Positions 52,257 through 61,704 of a stretch of 64,000 nucleotides of DNA are shown here, one piece after another; the stretch's first letter is position 1; each line of letters begins with the position of its first letter. Under the pieces are notes generated by a model, which was not told the origin of the DNA, made no database searches, and worked only from the letters and a program-made list of their open reading frames with translations. The DNA comes from Candidatus Bathyarchaeota archaeon. Its GTDB lineage: Archaea; Thermoproteota; Bathyarchaeia; Bathyarchaeales; Bathycorpusculaceae. The stretch is from assembly GCA_963717465.1 (NCBI GenBank), contig OY970340.1, positions 2,272,001 to 2,336,000 of the forward strand, written 5' to 3'. The position numbers were made by a program, and so were the translations under genes.

Positions 52257-52991
52257 TTATTCTTTTACAGATGCTTTACGTATCCACCAGTCATCTCTAG
52301 AGCCATGCAGTTTGAGGTTGTTCATCCGGACGAAATTTAACACTGCCTTACAAACATCAGGGTGGTATAAATCAAAATCGTGCCCTCCAAGTATACCGTC
52401 TTCCTTTATCCGAGGGTAATAGTTTTTAATGTCTTCAAGTACATGGTCGAATGTATGATTAGCGTCGATATAGCAAAAGTCTAATGCAGGCAATTCACTA
52501 ACTGCCTGTTCAGATGTTTTTCTGATGAAAACAGCGTTTTTGTATTTACTTGTTAAAATTAGCATGTTTTCTAAACCACCAAGATATCGTTTCTCCATAA
52601 ATCCTGAATCATCTCTATATGGAGTATACGAGTCAATCAGATACAACGATTTACAATTTAAGTCACGTAAAATGACTTTAGCATGGCTACAAAATCCACA
52701 CCCTATTTCAGCCCCAACTATGGATTTTCTACCAAAAACGTTCAAAACATAATCAATCATGGGTCGCCTTTCAACCTTCAAAGCTGTATCATACAAGGAT
52801 GGACTAAGAACATGGATCATGGAATATCTTAATTTCTGGGTAACGTCCTTAAACCATAAACTCTTGGATTGTTTCGGACTGTTAGCTGACTGATTGAGAA
52901 TTGACAAGTTTGGGTTTGCATTGGTATCCACAGTGATAAGTGGTAAATCATTTTCGCAGATTATCTTGCTTTCGCTTCTTTCTTGCATCAT
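52257..52991 (-). CDS. Class I SAM methyltransferase (Methyltransf_24-like)
   Basis: GAEIG, LYLID, LDFCYIDANH, DIKNYYP...GGHDF. Confidence 0.85.
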   Translation of the reverse strand: MMQERSESKIICENDLPLITVDTNANPNLSILNQSANSPKQSKSLWFKDVTQKLRYSMIHVLSPSLYDTALKVERRPMIDYVLNVFGRKSIVGAEIGCGFCSHAKVILRDLNCKSLYLIDSYTPYRDDSGFMEKRYLGGLENMLILTSKYKNAVFIRKTSEQAVSELPALDFCYIDANHTFDHVLEDIKNYYPRIKEDGILGGHDFDLYHPDVCKAVLNFVRMNNLKLHGSRDDWWIRKASVKE

Positions 52992-53230
52992 TCTAATCGA
53001 GAAAAAATAGATTCTGAATCTTTAAAGAATTTATGAATTAAGAATACTAATTAACAATCAATTTACGCACTTCTGGCAGAGATTTTAAAAGGCAATAATT
53101 CGCTTTTTAATGCTTTGGTCTCTTTTATGTTTCCAAAGGGTTCAAGCTTCAAATCCTGACGCAGTTTAGAAAACTGACTTTTAACTGTTTTAAGAAAACG
53201 TGATCGCCTTATATTGTTGAAGATGATTTG

Positions 53231-53563
53231 TTAATAATTAGGAATTAGATGGTATTTAGAGGTGAATGGAACGCCTTTATACGTGATTGAGCGCGAGACA
53301 GGGCTCCTGTCTGTTTGCCGGTTAAATTTGCGATCAGTAACTCGCACTTCATTATGCTCTGAATCTATAAAATACTCAAAGCGCGGCAGAGCTTGAGTGT
53401 AACTTTTCGTCATCTCTTCCATCCTAACGCTGACAGCCTCATGCACAAAGTCATCAATATTCTTGTATTCAGGATGCTCTTTGACAAAGCGTTCAACTTG
53501 CTCAACTAATTCACGCTTTAAACTGACTCCTCGAAATCTTTGACGTCCTTTGTTTCCTTTGAT
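53231..53563 (-). CDS. Ribbon-helix-helix protein (apparent ATC start)
   Basis: FRGVSLKRELVEQVE...YKNIDDFVHEAVSVR in frame upstream of the tracked ORF; GGGAG upstream. Confidence 0.7.
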   Translation of the reverse strand: MKGNKGRQRFRGVSLKRELVEQVERFVKEHPEYKNIDDFVHEAVSVRMEEMTKSYTQALPRFEYFIDSEHNEVRVTDRKFNRQTDRSPVSRSITYKGVPFTSKYHLIPNY

Positions 53564-53737
53564 ATTTTGCTTCTCCCTTCTGTGTTAGCATGTGTATTGG
53601 GGTGTTATGGTATTTTTGTCATAAAAAATTTATGGGTAGTTGAATCAGAAAAATGTCAAAAAGTCGCCTCTAAATTTATAGCATATATATCATAACTATG
53701 CCACAAAACTTATATTCAAAACTTGAGCAAGTAATCA

Positions 53738-53950
53738 ATGTGGCATATTTACCACAGGAGTGCAGCAAAAATTCCACTAAAAAATGAAGATTTCAGAAGT
53801 ATCAGCTTAAACAATTGTTTGCTCCACGAAGCTGAAGATCTCATCAAACTAAACCCACAATACAAAGACCTAACTGAATTCGTCAGCGAAGCAGTACACC
53901 TTAGACTTGAAACATTAACCAAGAAAGCTGAAACGGTAACGAGGATGTAA
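53738..53950 (+). CDS. Ribbon-helix-helix protein, divergent paralog
   Basis: FRSISL...YKDLTEFVSEAVHLRLE. Confidence 0.7.
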   Translation: MWHIYHRSAAKIPLKNEDFRSISLNNCLLHEAEDLIKLNPQYKDLTEFVSEAVHLRLETLTKKAETVTRM

Positions 53951-54056
53951 TTTTTGCCTAAAAACCTTAACCTTATTTGTACTTTAAAATTATTCAATAA
54001 TAAGCAAACCCGCGTGTTTCAATCAACATCAACTGAATGACTTTTAGCTATCACTG

Positions 54057-54680
54057 GTGAAGAAAGTGAGTGAAAGGAAAACGACTTTAATGGTTCCTGA
54101 AGCTTTCAAGCAGCTTCTTGAAGATATTCGCCTGCTAAAATCAGATGGCGACAACCCTAATAAAATGACGATCAGACAGAAAGATGAAACCTGGAAGAGT
54201 CTAAAAGAGTTCGGTTGGACCGACCCGATTGTCACTAATAAAGAAGGGTTTTATGCCGATGGCGAGCAACGCGTTTCTGTTTGTATTGCTCATGGAGAAT
54301 TTTGGGCACCCGTACTTAGGCTTGATTTATCGGATGCGGAGCGTCGCCGTTTAAGGCAAGTTCTTAACAAGTTGAAAGGCAAACACAACAAAGAATTAGA
54401 TGAAGCGGATTATCGGCGTATTGTTGAGGCAGGAGAAAAGGACCAATTAGAATCTTTGTTACAGGCTGTTGGAGAGAAGCTTCCTGCAGAAATGGGTGGT
54501 CCCCTTGATTCATCGCTTATGATTCCGGGCAGTTATGAGCTTTTGATTGAGTGTAAAGATGAGACTGATCAAAAGTTGTTGTTTGATCTTTTTAAGTTAA
54601 AGCAGTGGTCACCTACTGAAATCCAGACGTTTCTTGAACTGTTGTCTAAAGGCTTGAATGTTAGGGTATTAAATATTTAG
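54057..54680 (+). CDS. ParB/Srx-like N-terminal domain protein of phage type
   Basis: NPNKM...SLKEFGWTDPIV...ADGEQR...LNKLKG; C-terminal ECKDETDQ motif. Confidence 0.8.
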   Translation: MKKVSERKTTLMVPEAFKQLLEDIRLLKSDGDNPNKMTIRQKDETWKSLKEFGWTDPIVTNKEGFYADGEQRVSVCIAHGEFWAPVLRLDLSDAERRRLRQVLNKLKGKHNKELDEADYRRIVEAGEKDQLESLLQAVGEKLPAEMGGPLDSSLMIPGSYELLIECKDETDQKLLFDLFKLKQWSPTEIQTFLELLSKGLNVRVLNI

Positions 54681-54692
54681 GAGCTGTTTTAG

Positions 54693-55373
54693 TTGGATTT
54701 TGATTTCAAGTATTCGTGGAGTGCACCTAATTCTTTCCGGGCTCAAAGCGTGATTGGCAGTTATACGCTTGTTGACGTGAAATTGGAGAAGTGCTTTAAG
54801 GGTCGATTGCCTATCGATGAAGATGATTGGCAAATCGGCACTATTGTCGGTCGTAGCGGCAGTGGCAAGACAAGTATCGCTAAGAGGCTGTTTCCCGACG
54901 CTTATATTCGAGGTTTTGACTATTTGCATGATTGTTTCTTAGACGATTTTCCAGAGAACATTCCTATCGCTGAAATCGAGAAAGCCCTGTGCAGTGCTGG
55001 TTTTTCTGAGCCGCCTCATTGGCTTAAAAGCTACGCAGTTCTTAGCCAAGGGCAGAAAATGCGTGTTGATATTGCACGTGCACTGTTGTTGGATAAACCA
55101 TTGATTGTTTTTGACGAATTTACCAGCGTTGTCGATCGAGACATCGCCAAGGTAGGTGCTATAGCAATCAGTAAGGCGGTAAGGAGAAGCAAAAAGAAGT
55201 TTATTGCCGTAACGTGTCATTTTGACATTGTAGACTGGTTAGAGCCTGACTGGGTTTTCAACACTGACTCGATGGAATTTCTTAAAAAAAAAGAAAGCAT
55301 CCAGAGATTAAGCTCGAAGTATGCAGTTGCCCTATTCAAGTTTGGAAAATGTTTCGGGAGCATCATTATTTGA
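54693..55373 (+). CDS. ABC-type ATPase (non-transporter)
   Basis: GRSGSGKT Walker A, LSQGQKMR signature, FDEFTSVVDR Walker B, VTCHFDI...LEPDWV. Confidence 0.9.
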   Translation: MDFDFKYSWSAPNSFRAQSVIGSYTLVDVKLEKCFKGRLPIDEDDWQIGTIVGRSGSGKTSIAKRLFPDAYIRGFDYLHDCFLDDFPENIPIAEIEKALCSAGFSEPPHWLKSYAVLSQGQKMRVDIARALLLDKPLIVFDEFTSVVDRDIAKVGAIAISKAVRRSKKKFIAVTCHFDIVDWLEPDWVFNTDSMEFLKKKESIQRLSSKYAVALFKFGKCFGSIII

Positions 55374-55786
55374 GCGGTACCTTAGCACCTCAATGCCGCT
55401 GTTATGCTGCATTGTTTAATGGTAATCCGGTGGGTTTCATTGCAGTTATGCATGTGCACATGAATACACGATATTTTAGGGTAAGTCGCTTAGTGGTTTT
55501 ACCTGATTTTCAAGGAATCGGCATCGGTAAAAAGCTTCTTAATTTTGTCGCTGAACTTTACACTTCACAATTGAAAGTTCCATTTTATATTTTGACCACT
55601 AACCCGCAGATTATTCGCGGTAATCTTGACTGCTGGAATGTTAAGCGCGTTGGCCATACCAGCATAGGCAGAGGTTGTTCTACAATTGACGAAGGCCTCA
55701 GACGAAGTGTTAGCAGAAATCGCTTCACAGCTTCACTGCAATATAAACCTAAACAAGAAAGGGGGAGCGTTTCTGTTGACGAATAG
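55284..55786 (+). CDS. GNAT acetyltransferase continuing the ATPase in the -1 frame
   Basis: RKHPEIKLEV...WKMFREHHYL, SRLVVLPDFQGIGIG. Confidence 0.85.
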
Positions 55787-55968
55787 ATGCCGAGTTTGCC
55801 GTAAGAAGATCACAAGAGCAAATAAAACTGGTTACTGCAAGGAGTGCTTTGGTCGTTTTATTCTAGCACCCAAAGGTGCAGCCGCTAACTCAAAAAAAGA
55901 AAACAAGAGCAGAAAGATACAAAACAAGAATCTTGAAATAGGGTAAACATGCAGTTGCATATTAAATG

Positions 55969-56198
55969 TTATGGATTATCTGAAGATTTTCCTTTTAGGC
56001 AATAATATTGTTGGTTTAGCTTGTAATCATCCCATACTGTACATGTTGGACATATGCAGCCGTTACCTATAACATTTTTTTCAGCGTTTCCTTTACCGCA
56101 AAATAATATTCCAGTTAATTTTGAAGTTTTATAAGTGGGGCAGACAGGACAAATGCAAAGCCTCATATTTTTTCATCGTCTCGTACAATATTGAGCAT
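55969..56198 (-). CDS. DUF2769-like Cys-rich protein, probable 5' frameshift
   Basis: CICPVCPTY, LFCGKG, GCICPTC, YYCLKG. Confidence 0.7.
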
Positions 56199-56483
56199 AA
56201 AACAACCAAAATAATTTCGAACCTATATCTAATAATTGAATGTAGCTACACAATATTGATACAAAAATTGAGGCTCAACGATAATTTAATGTTAGATATG
56301 TGAATGCATGTTTTTTGTGATAAAGAAGAAGGTTCGTACAAGTATGAAAGTTAAGCAACTTGATTAAATAAAATTTTCCGTTATTAACAAATCAGCCTTA
56401 TTAACCAATCTATACATAGTTTATTTCAAAATAAAACAGTTTCCGAAATTCTTATTACTAATTAAAAGATAAACTAGATTAAA

Positions 56484-56909
56484 ATGACAAATCAATCAAT
56501 TCCGGAAAGACCCACAGCAGCATATATTCTCTCTTTAATCGGTGGAGTATTAGGCCTTATCATTGGACTTATTACTCTTGTTTTCGGAATAGGAATATGG
56601 ATCTTAATAGCCAGCATTATCGTAATTGTTTCAGCCCTTGAATTGAATGCCCATCCTTTTGAGCACACAAAATGGGGCATAATAATAATTGTTTTTTCGA
56701 TAATCGGATTAGGTTCGCTGCTTGCTTTGATAGGCGGCATTTTAGCGTTAGTCTATAATCCAAGAACCGTTGCTCAACAAACATTAGCAGGTAACATTAT
56801 GCGAATTTGTCCACAATGTGGCAGAGTATTAACAGAAGAAATGAAAAATGCAAAATATTGTCCATATTGCGGAAAAGATTTAGAATCAACAGCAACACCA
56901 GCCACTTAA
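56484..56909 (+). CDS. Membrane protein with C-terminal Zn ribbon
   Basis: PTAAYILSLIGG TM helices; CPQCG...YCPYCG. Confidence 0.8.
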   Translation: MTNQSIPERPTAAYILSLIGGVLGLIIGLITLVFGIGIWILIASIIVIVSALELNAHPFEHTKWGIIIIVFSIIGLGSLLALIGGILALVYNPRTVAQQTLAGNIMRICPQCGRVLTEEMKNAKYCPYCGKDLESTATPAT

Positions 56910-57326
56910 GATTAGATCAGAACATTTGCTCTTGAAAACTTGATATAAAATGTGATATCATTGCAGACGAGTTTAGACAACGGCCAAAAGCAATTTTAGT
57001 TCCCATAAACAGCATAAAATCTGGTTAAAGAAAAAATCAAAGAAATTTGTAAGAAACCTTTGTTGTTTACACTATTTAATGTTCAGTAAGCCATGATTTA
57101 ACTTTGAGGTCGCTTGGAAAACTATTAAGTAATTAATCCTCGGAGAAGAAAAAGGTTATACATGAAATGAGCTGGACGCAAATAAAGGCTTGATTCTACG
57201 AAAATTACCATTCTAATTTCTTAAATGTTGCTTTCAAATTCATAAATTATTAATCTTATTGCATTAATGTTAATCTTAATGCAAAAAACTTAAGGCTAAA
57301 ATGAGTTTTAGGGAAAATACACTGTT

Positions 57327-57524
57327 ATGCGTGGTGAAAATGACATGGTTAAAAATTTGAAAGTTATTGGCGTTGAAACTATAAGTGGAGAAGAGCATTA
57401 TGTTGTTACCAGTTATATGGTTGATGAACGTAAAGATGACGCCATGGATTTCGATGAGGTTAAAATAAAAGGAAAGATGAAAAAAGAAGCATCCAAACCG
57501 CTCCGTCTAATGCGAGCTGAATAA
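57327..57524 (+). CDS. Small hypothetical protein
   Basis: GGTGA upstream of MVKNLK. Confidence 0.4.
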   Translation: MRGENDMVKNLKVIGVETISGEEHYVVTSYMVDERKDDAMDFDEVKIKGKMKKEASKPLRLMRAE

Positions 57525-57805
57525 TTGTTAACATATTTAACTTAAGTAACGGGTTGGACGTAATTTTAGTTCACCGACTGAAAACTAGTGGTTTTTAAAA
57601 CAGATTATATAGTAACTTAAATTATTTTATTTTTGCAATTTGCTAGAATTTCCTTTTGATGCAAGAGAATATCGTTTATATTCCTGTAGTTAATTCGCAG
57701 AATTGATTGGAAGTTTTCAATCAATTCAGTTATAAATTAATAAACGTATAAAAATGAAAAATGGAGGAAATGCAAACAATTAGAGTGCGCATTTGCTTCT
57801 ATAGT

Positions 57806-58477
57806 TTAGCTTATTTTCTCAAATTGGTCTTTTGCTGCGCCGCAAATGGGACAAGCCCAGTTTTCAGGTAGTTTTTCGAATGGAGTTCCTGGCGGAATGT
57901 TTGAGTTTGGATCGCCTAAAGCTGGGTCGTACACGTAACCGCATACTTTGCAGGAGTATTTGGAACTTCCGGTGGCTTCTGGTTTTGTTTGTTCATTTTT
58001 GAGAGCCGTTTGTTCAAGTGCTGGAGCTGATTTGGTATTAACGCTTTCTGCAACGCGTTTTCCAAAGGCTTTGCATAATTCAAGCATATTGTTGTCAGGT
58101 TTAAAGTTTGATAATAAAGGAGGCTCAGTTACATTCATTTCGAACTTGAATTTTAGGATTTCAAGAACGAGTTTTGGTGCTTCACCTGTCCAGCCGTAGG
58201 AACCGAAAGCTGCACCTATTTTGCCCTTTAGGTTTACGCCTTTTACTGCTGCTCCCTGTAAAAGTTGTTTAATATCATTTGGCATATCATGATGGTAAGT
58301 CGGTGTTCCAACAAATATTGCATCAAACTTCCCAAGTGTTTCAGGATTCCCCAAGAGATTACGAACATGCGTAAATTCAACTTCGTTGCCACCACTTCTA
58401 GCACCTTCGACCACTGCTCTAGCCATTTTTTCAGTATTTCCAGTTTGACTGCAATGAAAAACAAGAATTTTAGACAT
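57806..58477 (-). CDS. Flavodoxin-rubredoxin fusion
   Basis: [36 protein letters not shown]...WACPICG. Confidence 0.92.
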   Translation of the reverse strand: MSKILVFHCSQTGNTEKMARAVVEGARSGGNEVEFTHVRNLLGNPETLGKFDAIFVGTPTYHHDMPNDIKQLLQGAAVKGVNLKGKIGAAFGSYGWTGEAPKLVLEILKFKFEMNVTEPPLLSNFKPDNNMLELCKAFGKRVAESVNTKSAPALEQTALKNEQTKPEATGSSKYSCKVCGYVYDPALGDPNSNIPPGTPFEKLPENWACPICGAAKDQFEKIS

Positions 58478-58767
58478 TTATAAAACCTCACTTGTTTCTA
58501 TTAAATTATATAGCAAGACAAGCAAGCAATTAATAAAATTTTTGTTAAGAATGCGCTCTTTTCAAAAGTAGTCTTAAGAACCAAAAATCTAAGTAAAAAA
58601 TTAATGAACAGGTGATTTAGCAAATATTAAAATTAACAAAATGAAATTAAAGTATGGCTTTTTGTTTTGAGAGCTTGACCGTTTGAGACACGTAAGTTAT
58701 TAGGCAGGCAAAAATTAAACACGCTTAGATCTTTTATTGAATCGTCTTCTTAGGATTAAATTTATGC

Positions 58768-59115
58768 CTAGCTTGATTCTCTAAAAGTATATCCGCAATT
58801 GGTGCAGCGCATAAATTGGGTTGAGGATTCATCGGTGCCTCTTGTTTGAACTTGCCAAACATAAGCTGTATTGTTTGAGCATTTTGGACACTTAATCAGA
58901 ATGGTAGGTTCCACGCTGAGCTGTTTTTCCTTATCTATTACCGCTACCATCTGCTTGGGATTGTGCTGGGGAGTTTTCAATAGAAGCTTGCCTTCTGCAT
59001 TCTTCTGTTTGTTTTTATAACCACATTTTTTGCAGGTTAACACTATCAGGGCTGACGGTCCTGAGGCAACAGTTTTTGGAACTAATAGAGAACCACATTT
59101 TGGGCAGAAATCCAT
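58768..59115 (-). CDS. tfs: Transcription factor S
   Basis: FCPKCGSLL, CKKCGY, CPKC, QTRGTDE, CTNCGYTFRE. Confidence 0.9.
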   Translation of the reverse strand: MDFCPKCGSLLVPKTVASGPSALIVLTCKKCGYKNKQKNAEGKLLLKTPQHNPKQMVAVIDKEKQLSVEPTILIKCPKCSNNTAYVWQVQTRGTDESSTQFMRCTNCGYTFRESS

Positions 59116-59265
59116 ATTACGACTTCCATCACTTTTTTAAAACCATCATTCAAATTGCTCAGAGTAATTAATTAACCTAAGTTGCTGAACTATAGCAACA
59201 ACGTAGATTTATGAATAACATTTCAAAATTCCTTGTCGAAGGAAAATAACCCTGTTAGTTCGAAG

Positions 59266-59859
59266 TTATTCATTTGTTCCGAGTAGGTATCCGCCGAAGC
59301 CGATTAAGCTCATAAGTGTAGGGTAAGTTATCATTCTCTCCATGCCGCCAACACCGAGCCCCAGATAATTGTACTGGCTAGTCGTGAAAAATAAAACGGT
59401 TGCTAATAGTGTTGATGCGCCTAGAATAACAGTCAGATACTTGAATGGTCCTTTTGTTATTTTATAGAATGAAATAGAAGATATCCCTCCAAAGATGAAT
59501 GCTAAAAGAGCCCCGATAATATGCATTACTGGAATACCGTTTATGATAACAGTGTTTTCAGGGAAAATCCCCACCAGTAAGGAGCCAAGACCTGCAAACG
59601 CAAGAAAAACAGGGACTGCACGATTTTTGAAAGCTTTGCAAACAAAGTACGAGCTTGCAATCACAGTCAAACCTAACAACATGATAGACGGATTAAAAAT
59701 AATCGCAGACGGACGACCCCAAGGGCCTAAGTCACTAATATAATTAAGTGAAACGCTATAGCCAGGGTATATTGCCTCCGCAATTATTAAGAATATGATA
59801 AATTGGGCACCGCCCACGAAAAGAAGTGTTCCAGCTATCTTTGAATTGCCAAGTGGCAT
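59266..59859 (-). CDS. DUF998-family membrane protein
   Basis: YPGYS...ISDLG, VGIFPE, H..GA, GGMER. Confidence 0.85.
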   Translation of the reverse strand: MPLGNSKIAGTLLFVGGAQFIIFLIIAEAIYPGYSVSLNYISDLGPWGRPSAIIFNPSIMLLGLTVIASSYFVCKAFKNRAVPVFLAFAGLGSLLVGIFPENTVIINGIPVMHIIGALLAFIFGGISSISFYKITKGPFKYLTVILGASTLLATVLFFTTSQYNYLGLGVGGMERMITYPTLMSLIGFGGYLLGTNE

Positions 59860-60147
59860 AACTAAAAATGACTTAGCGCTTGTATTTCAAGCTTACCTTT
59901 TTTCGAAGCTAATTTTCTTTTGAGAATGCTTACTGCGGCCTTATGTATAGTATAGATAATATTGTTCTGAATCGATCATTATAAAAATAAATAGAAAAAA
60001 CTTGACAGCTTTTGAGTCATGTTTTCGTCCAAAGCAGAAATGACATCTAAAATGACCAAAGGGAAAATACCGCTTTCAAAAACCAATTATTATTAGTTAG
60101 TGCAGAATCACTTTCTTTTTAACCCAGCTTCCAGTTGAATCATTAAT

Positions 60148-60768
60148 TCAATCAACCTTCTGCTCGGTGGTTTTCTGCTCTGAACTTGCCTGCTCTTGCT
60201 CAGGACTTGCCTGCATTTGCTCAGGACTAGTCTGCTTTTGCTCAGAGCTTGTTTCCTTTTGCTCAGAGCTTGTTTCCTTTTGCTCAGAGCTTGCCCGCTC
60301 TTTTTTAGCTCTTGGTTTGCTTTTATTTGCTTCGTATAGTTCTTCAATGGCTTGCTCTTTGGTTTTGCCTTGAGCGATTTTTTCTTTTATTTGGGATTGC
60401 AGAAGAGTTTCAGGGTTTAAGGATCCACGTTTTTGATTTTTTTCTATCATCTTATCGATCATGGGTTGGAACTTTGTTTCATCGATGTCTGACTTTATCC
60501 AGGTTAATGCTTTCTCATTTGATTTTGTTTGCTCTCTTGCGAATTCTTCTTCCATTTGCTTTGATGAAAGGCTGACATTAATCATGTCCTCAACTTCTTT
60601 AAGAATGAAATATATTGCAACTGCAAGAATTAGTATGAGAAGAATTAATGAGCCGACAAGTTCAAGTACAATATTATTTGAAACGAAAAGAACCAGCATT
60701 ATAGCTAAAAAAATGATATCGACAGCTATAATTTTTAAAGTAATTATGAAAGCTCGGCTTAATTCCAT
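60148..60768 (-). CDS. Membrane protein with C-terminal heptapeptide repeats
   Basis: Two TM helices; (A/T)S(S/P)EQxx repeated six times. Confidence 0.7.
   Translation of the reverse strand: MELSRAFIITLKIIAVDIIFLAIMLVLFVSNNIVLELVGSLILLILILAVAIYFILKEVEDMINVSLSSKQMEEEFAREQTKSNEKALTWIKSDIDETKFQPMIDKMIEKNQKRGSLNPETLLQSQIKEKIAQGKTKEQAIEELYEANKSKPRAKKERASSEQKETSSEQKETSSEQKQTSPEQMQASPEQEQASSEQKTTEQKVD
60170..60297. repeat. 21-bp tandem repeat, about 6 copies, coding
   Basis: TTTTGCTCAGAGCTTGTTTCC-type units. Confidence 0.85.
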
Positions 60769-61160
60769 GCTACCATGACCCCTAAGTTTTAATTTTTAGT
60801 AGTTAGAGCTTCTAGTATTTCATTGTTATGGTAACCAGTCTAAAAACGCTTCTAAAAAAGATTATTCCGAAAACGTAAAAAATCTGGTTATGGTACTTGC
60901 AAGCAGAATTTCTTCTACGCATAGTGTTTTCATGTTTAATGTACAAGTTGTTAGCTGTTGAAGAAGTTAGTTAGAAGTGCAATAAGATTCATTCATATAA
61001 GCGCTAATACACCAGCAAAAATTAGCGTGCAAAGGAATGTTTAAAGATTTAAATTGCAAGCGTTAAGTGCAGATATCCTTTTCTTTGAAGCTGATATTGC
61101 AAAGGATTTTTCTCGAATAATGCTGCTAAGCACAAGTCTTATATTTGAATCTAGTGCAAA

Positions 61161-61685
61161 AGTGAACTACCCGCCCCTCACGGGGCGAGCATCTTCAATT
61201 AAAAGCAGTTGATGCATTCTTCAATTTTTGCGCTAGTTATAACGCCAACAGTACGGACAGCATAGCCCTCAGACCACAAATACCTACCCCAAAGCTGCAG
61301 CTTAATCTGCGGAAACTCTTCAAACAGCACCCTAGCAGAATTACACTTAAGCACACGAACCATCTCTGGAATGCATATCTTTGGCGAAGCAGAAGCAAAC
61401 ACATGCACATGATCACCACCATGAACCCTAACAGCCAACAGTTGAAAACCACCCTGCATAGCAATTGTCTTAAATACTTCCAGCAACCTAACCTCAACTG
61501 AGCCTACGAGTACCTTGCGGCGGTATTTAGTGGCCCAGATAAGGTGGTAATTAGCTTGATAAGCACATGACCTTGCTTTCTCCAGGTCTATCACCTCCTT
61601 ATATAATGGTGACAGACCATCGGGCAACAGAGCTAATAGAACTGACGCATTCATCCTGCCGCGTTAGCGGCAGGTATTCTGGCTA
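61161..61685 (-). mobile_element. IS200/IS605-family element with tnpA only
   Basis: Subterminal hairpins CGCCCC-TCAC-GGGGCG (61172-61187) and CCTGCCGC-GTTA-GCGGCAGG (61655-61674) flank tnpA. Confidence 0.85.
61199..61585 (-). CDS. tnpA: Y1 HUH transposase, probably inactive
   Basis: YHLIWATKYRRKVL, DHVH, LWSEGY; expected catalytic YI reads CI. Confidence 0.88.
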   Translation of the reverse strand: MEKARSCAYQANYHLIWATKYRRKVLVGSVEVRLLEVFKTIAMQGGFQLLAVRVHGGDHVHVFASASPKICIPEMVRVLKCNSARVLFEEFPQIKLQLWGRYLWSEGYAVRTVGVITSAKIEECINCF

Positions 61686-61704
61686 GGTTTTTTATAAATT
61701 TTGG

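Noticed and set aside
57700..57727. 10-bp perfect hairpin between convergent genes
   Set aside because: Most simply a terminator-like or chance palindrome; no further support
60170..60297. CRISPR array
   Set aside because: Contiguous 21-bp coding repeats with no unique spacers and no cas genes
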